Of a DNA stretch of 64,000 nt, positions 63,241-64,000 are shown piece by piece. Below the pieces are notes generated by a model. The model was given only the letters and a program-made list of their open reading frames with translations. It was not told the DNA's origin and did no database searches. This DNA comes from Candidatus Aminicenantes bacterium (GTDB lineage: Bacteria; Acidobacteriota; Aminicenantia; Aminicenantales; CALLJL01): positions 9,332 through 73,331 of the forward strand of contig JAOAFQ010000015.1 of NCBI GenBank assembly GCA_026416195.1. Reading direction: 5' to 3'. Made by a program: the position numbers and the translations under genes. Every line of letters begins with the position of its first letter. The stretch's first letter is position 1.

Positions 63241-64000
63241 TGGAGGGAAAAGATGTTAATCCTACCTTGAAGATTCCTTTGCTCGAAGAGGTAGAAAAAA
63301 GGTTAAATGAGTTGTTGAGACAAAAAAAGGAAGCTATAGAGAAAGAGCTTGAGGAGAAAATCAGGCGAGAAAGGGAAGAAGCCGAAAAAAAGATAAGACA
63401 AATTGAAGAGGAATTTAATAAAGGAAAAGAGCTTCTTGAGGATTATCATCAGATTTTGGCTGACTTTGAAGCCGAGAGACAGCGACTTCAGAAAGAAATA
63501 AAAGAACATTTCGAACGGGTAATTAAACACCAAACCGAAATTGAGAAGCTGGCCTCTTTGACCCTTGAAGAAATCAAAGAAGTGGAGATCTTGAACAAGC
63601 AGTTGGAAACTTTAGAAAAGAAAAGTGGAGAAAAAATTACTCTTATTCGCCAACAAATAGAAGAGAAGTATGGCTTAGTTACTGAAATTCCAGAAATTCC
63701 GGCTGAAGAAGAATTTAAATTTAATCTTGAAAAAGAATTAGCTCGCCTAAAAAAAATAAAAGAGTTGTTAGCCGAAGAGAAGTTTTCGGTAACCCCAATT
63801 GAAGAAAGTCGGGCAGATCTGTCAGGGCCAGCCTTGGCCGAAGAGACGGTGTTAGCTGGAGAAGTTCCTCTTATGGAAGAAGAACCAGAAGCTCTAACTA
63901 AGAACAATTTAAGTGGCCAGACTTCTTTAGTCGATTTGGACAGAGAACTTCCCAAAAAAGAACTGACAATAGCTCAAGAGGAGATGGCTGCCGTTGAAGA
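63241..64000 (+). CDS. K/E-rich coiled-coil protein (3' end outside window)
   Basis: AAGGAGG ribosome-binding site 8 nt upstream of the ATG at 63241. The frame stays open to the window end. Heptad-like K/E-rich sequence EKELEEKIRREREEAEKKIRQIEEEF.... Confidence 0.55.

Noticed and set aside
63303-63955. 76-aa and 155-aa minus-strand ORFs
   Set aside because: Antisense mirror frames of the K/E-rich coiled-coil gene (63241 onward), which has a strong ribosome-binding site.

Overview
Gene-dense chromosomal backbone, about 40% GC, coding on both strands. The organism looks like a diderm (ExbB/ExbD/TonB, an outer-membrane-type beta-barrel protein) with an anaerobic, Fe-S-rich flavour: 2-oxoacid:ferredoxin oxidoreductase (porGDAB order), a 2x[4Fe-4S] ferredoxin, HypCDE and HypF hydrogenase maturases, Fe-S fumarase alpha subunit, and ThiC. 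Recognisable content, in order along the window:
- a nucleotide-sugar cluster (WbpP/TviC-like epimerase cut by the window edge, TviB/WbpA-like dehydrogenase, Ugd, RmlD);
- hypC-hypD-hypE translationally coupled to a CARDB plus six-hairpin glycosidase-like protein;
- the conserved uppS-cdsA-dxr-rseP-ispG block behind a perfect sigma70 promoter;
- a LarE-like PP-loop ATPase;
- a 2-hydroxyacid dehydrogenase;
- an MTA/5'-dA nucleosidase-family gene, divergent from a ParB-like plus SplB-like radical SAM pair;
- exbD-exbB-tonB, secF-secD-yajC-tgt, ychF, lepB;
- an AlkP-superfamily membrane protein;
- a DUF62 SAM hydroxide adenosyltransferase;
- recD2, an SH3b protein and an M48 protease;
- a three-gene cAMP cassette: CHASE2 adenylate cyclase, MBL-fold hydrolase, MscS channel with a cNMP-binding domain;
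- tRNA-Arg(CCT);
- ferredoxin, an M50 protease, hypF-queH, an M14 carboxypeptidase, fabH, a TlpA-like thioredoxin, the por operon, fumA-alpha, a GntR regulator, an aldehyde dehydrogenase, a TIM-barrel isomerase, thiC, rsmD, rpmE-prfA-prmC and an HD-GYP protein.
I found no CRISPR array, transposase, integrase or rRNA. Everything here is read by eye from motifs; no searches were run.
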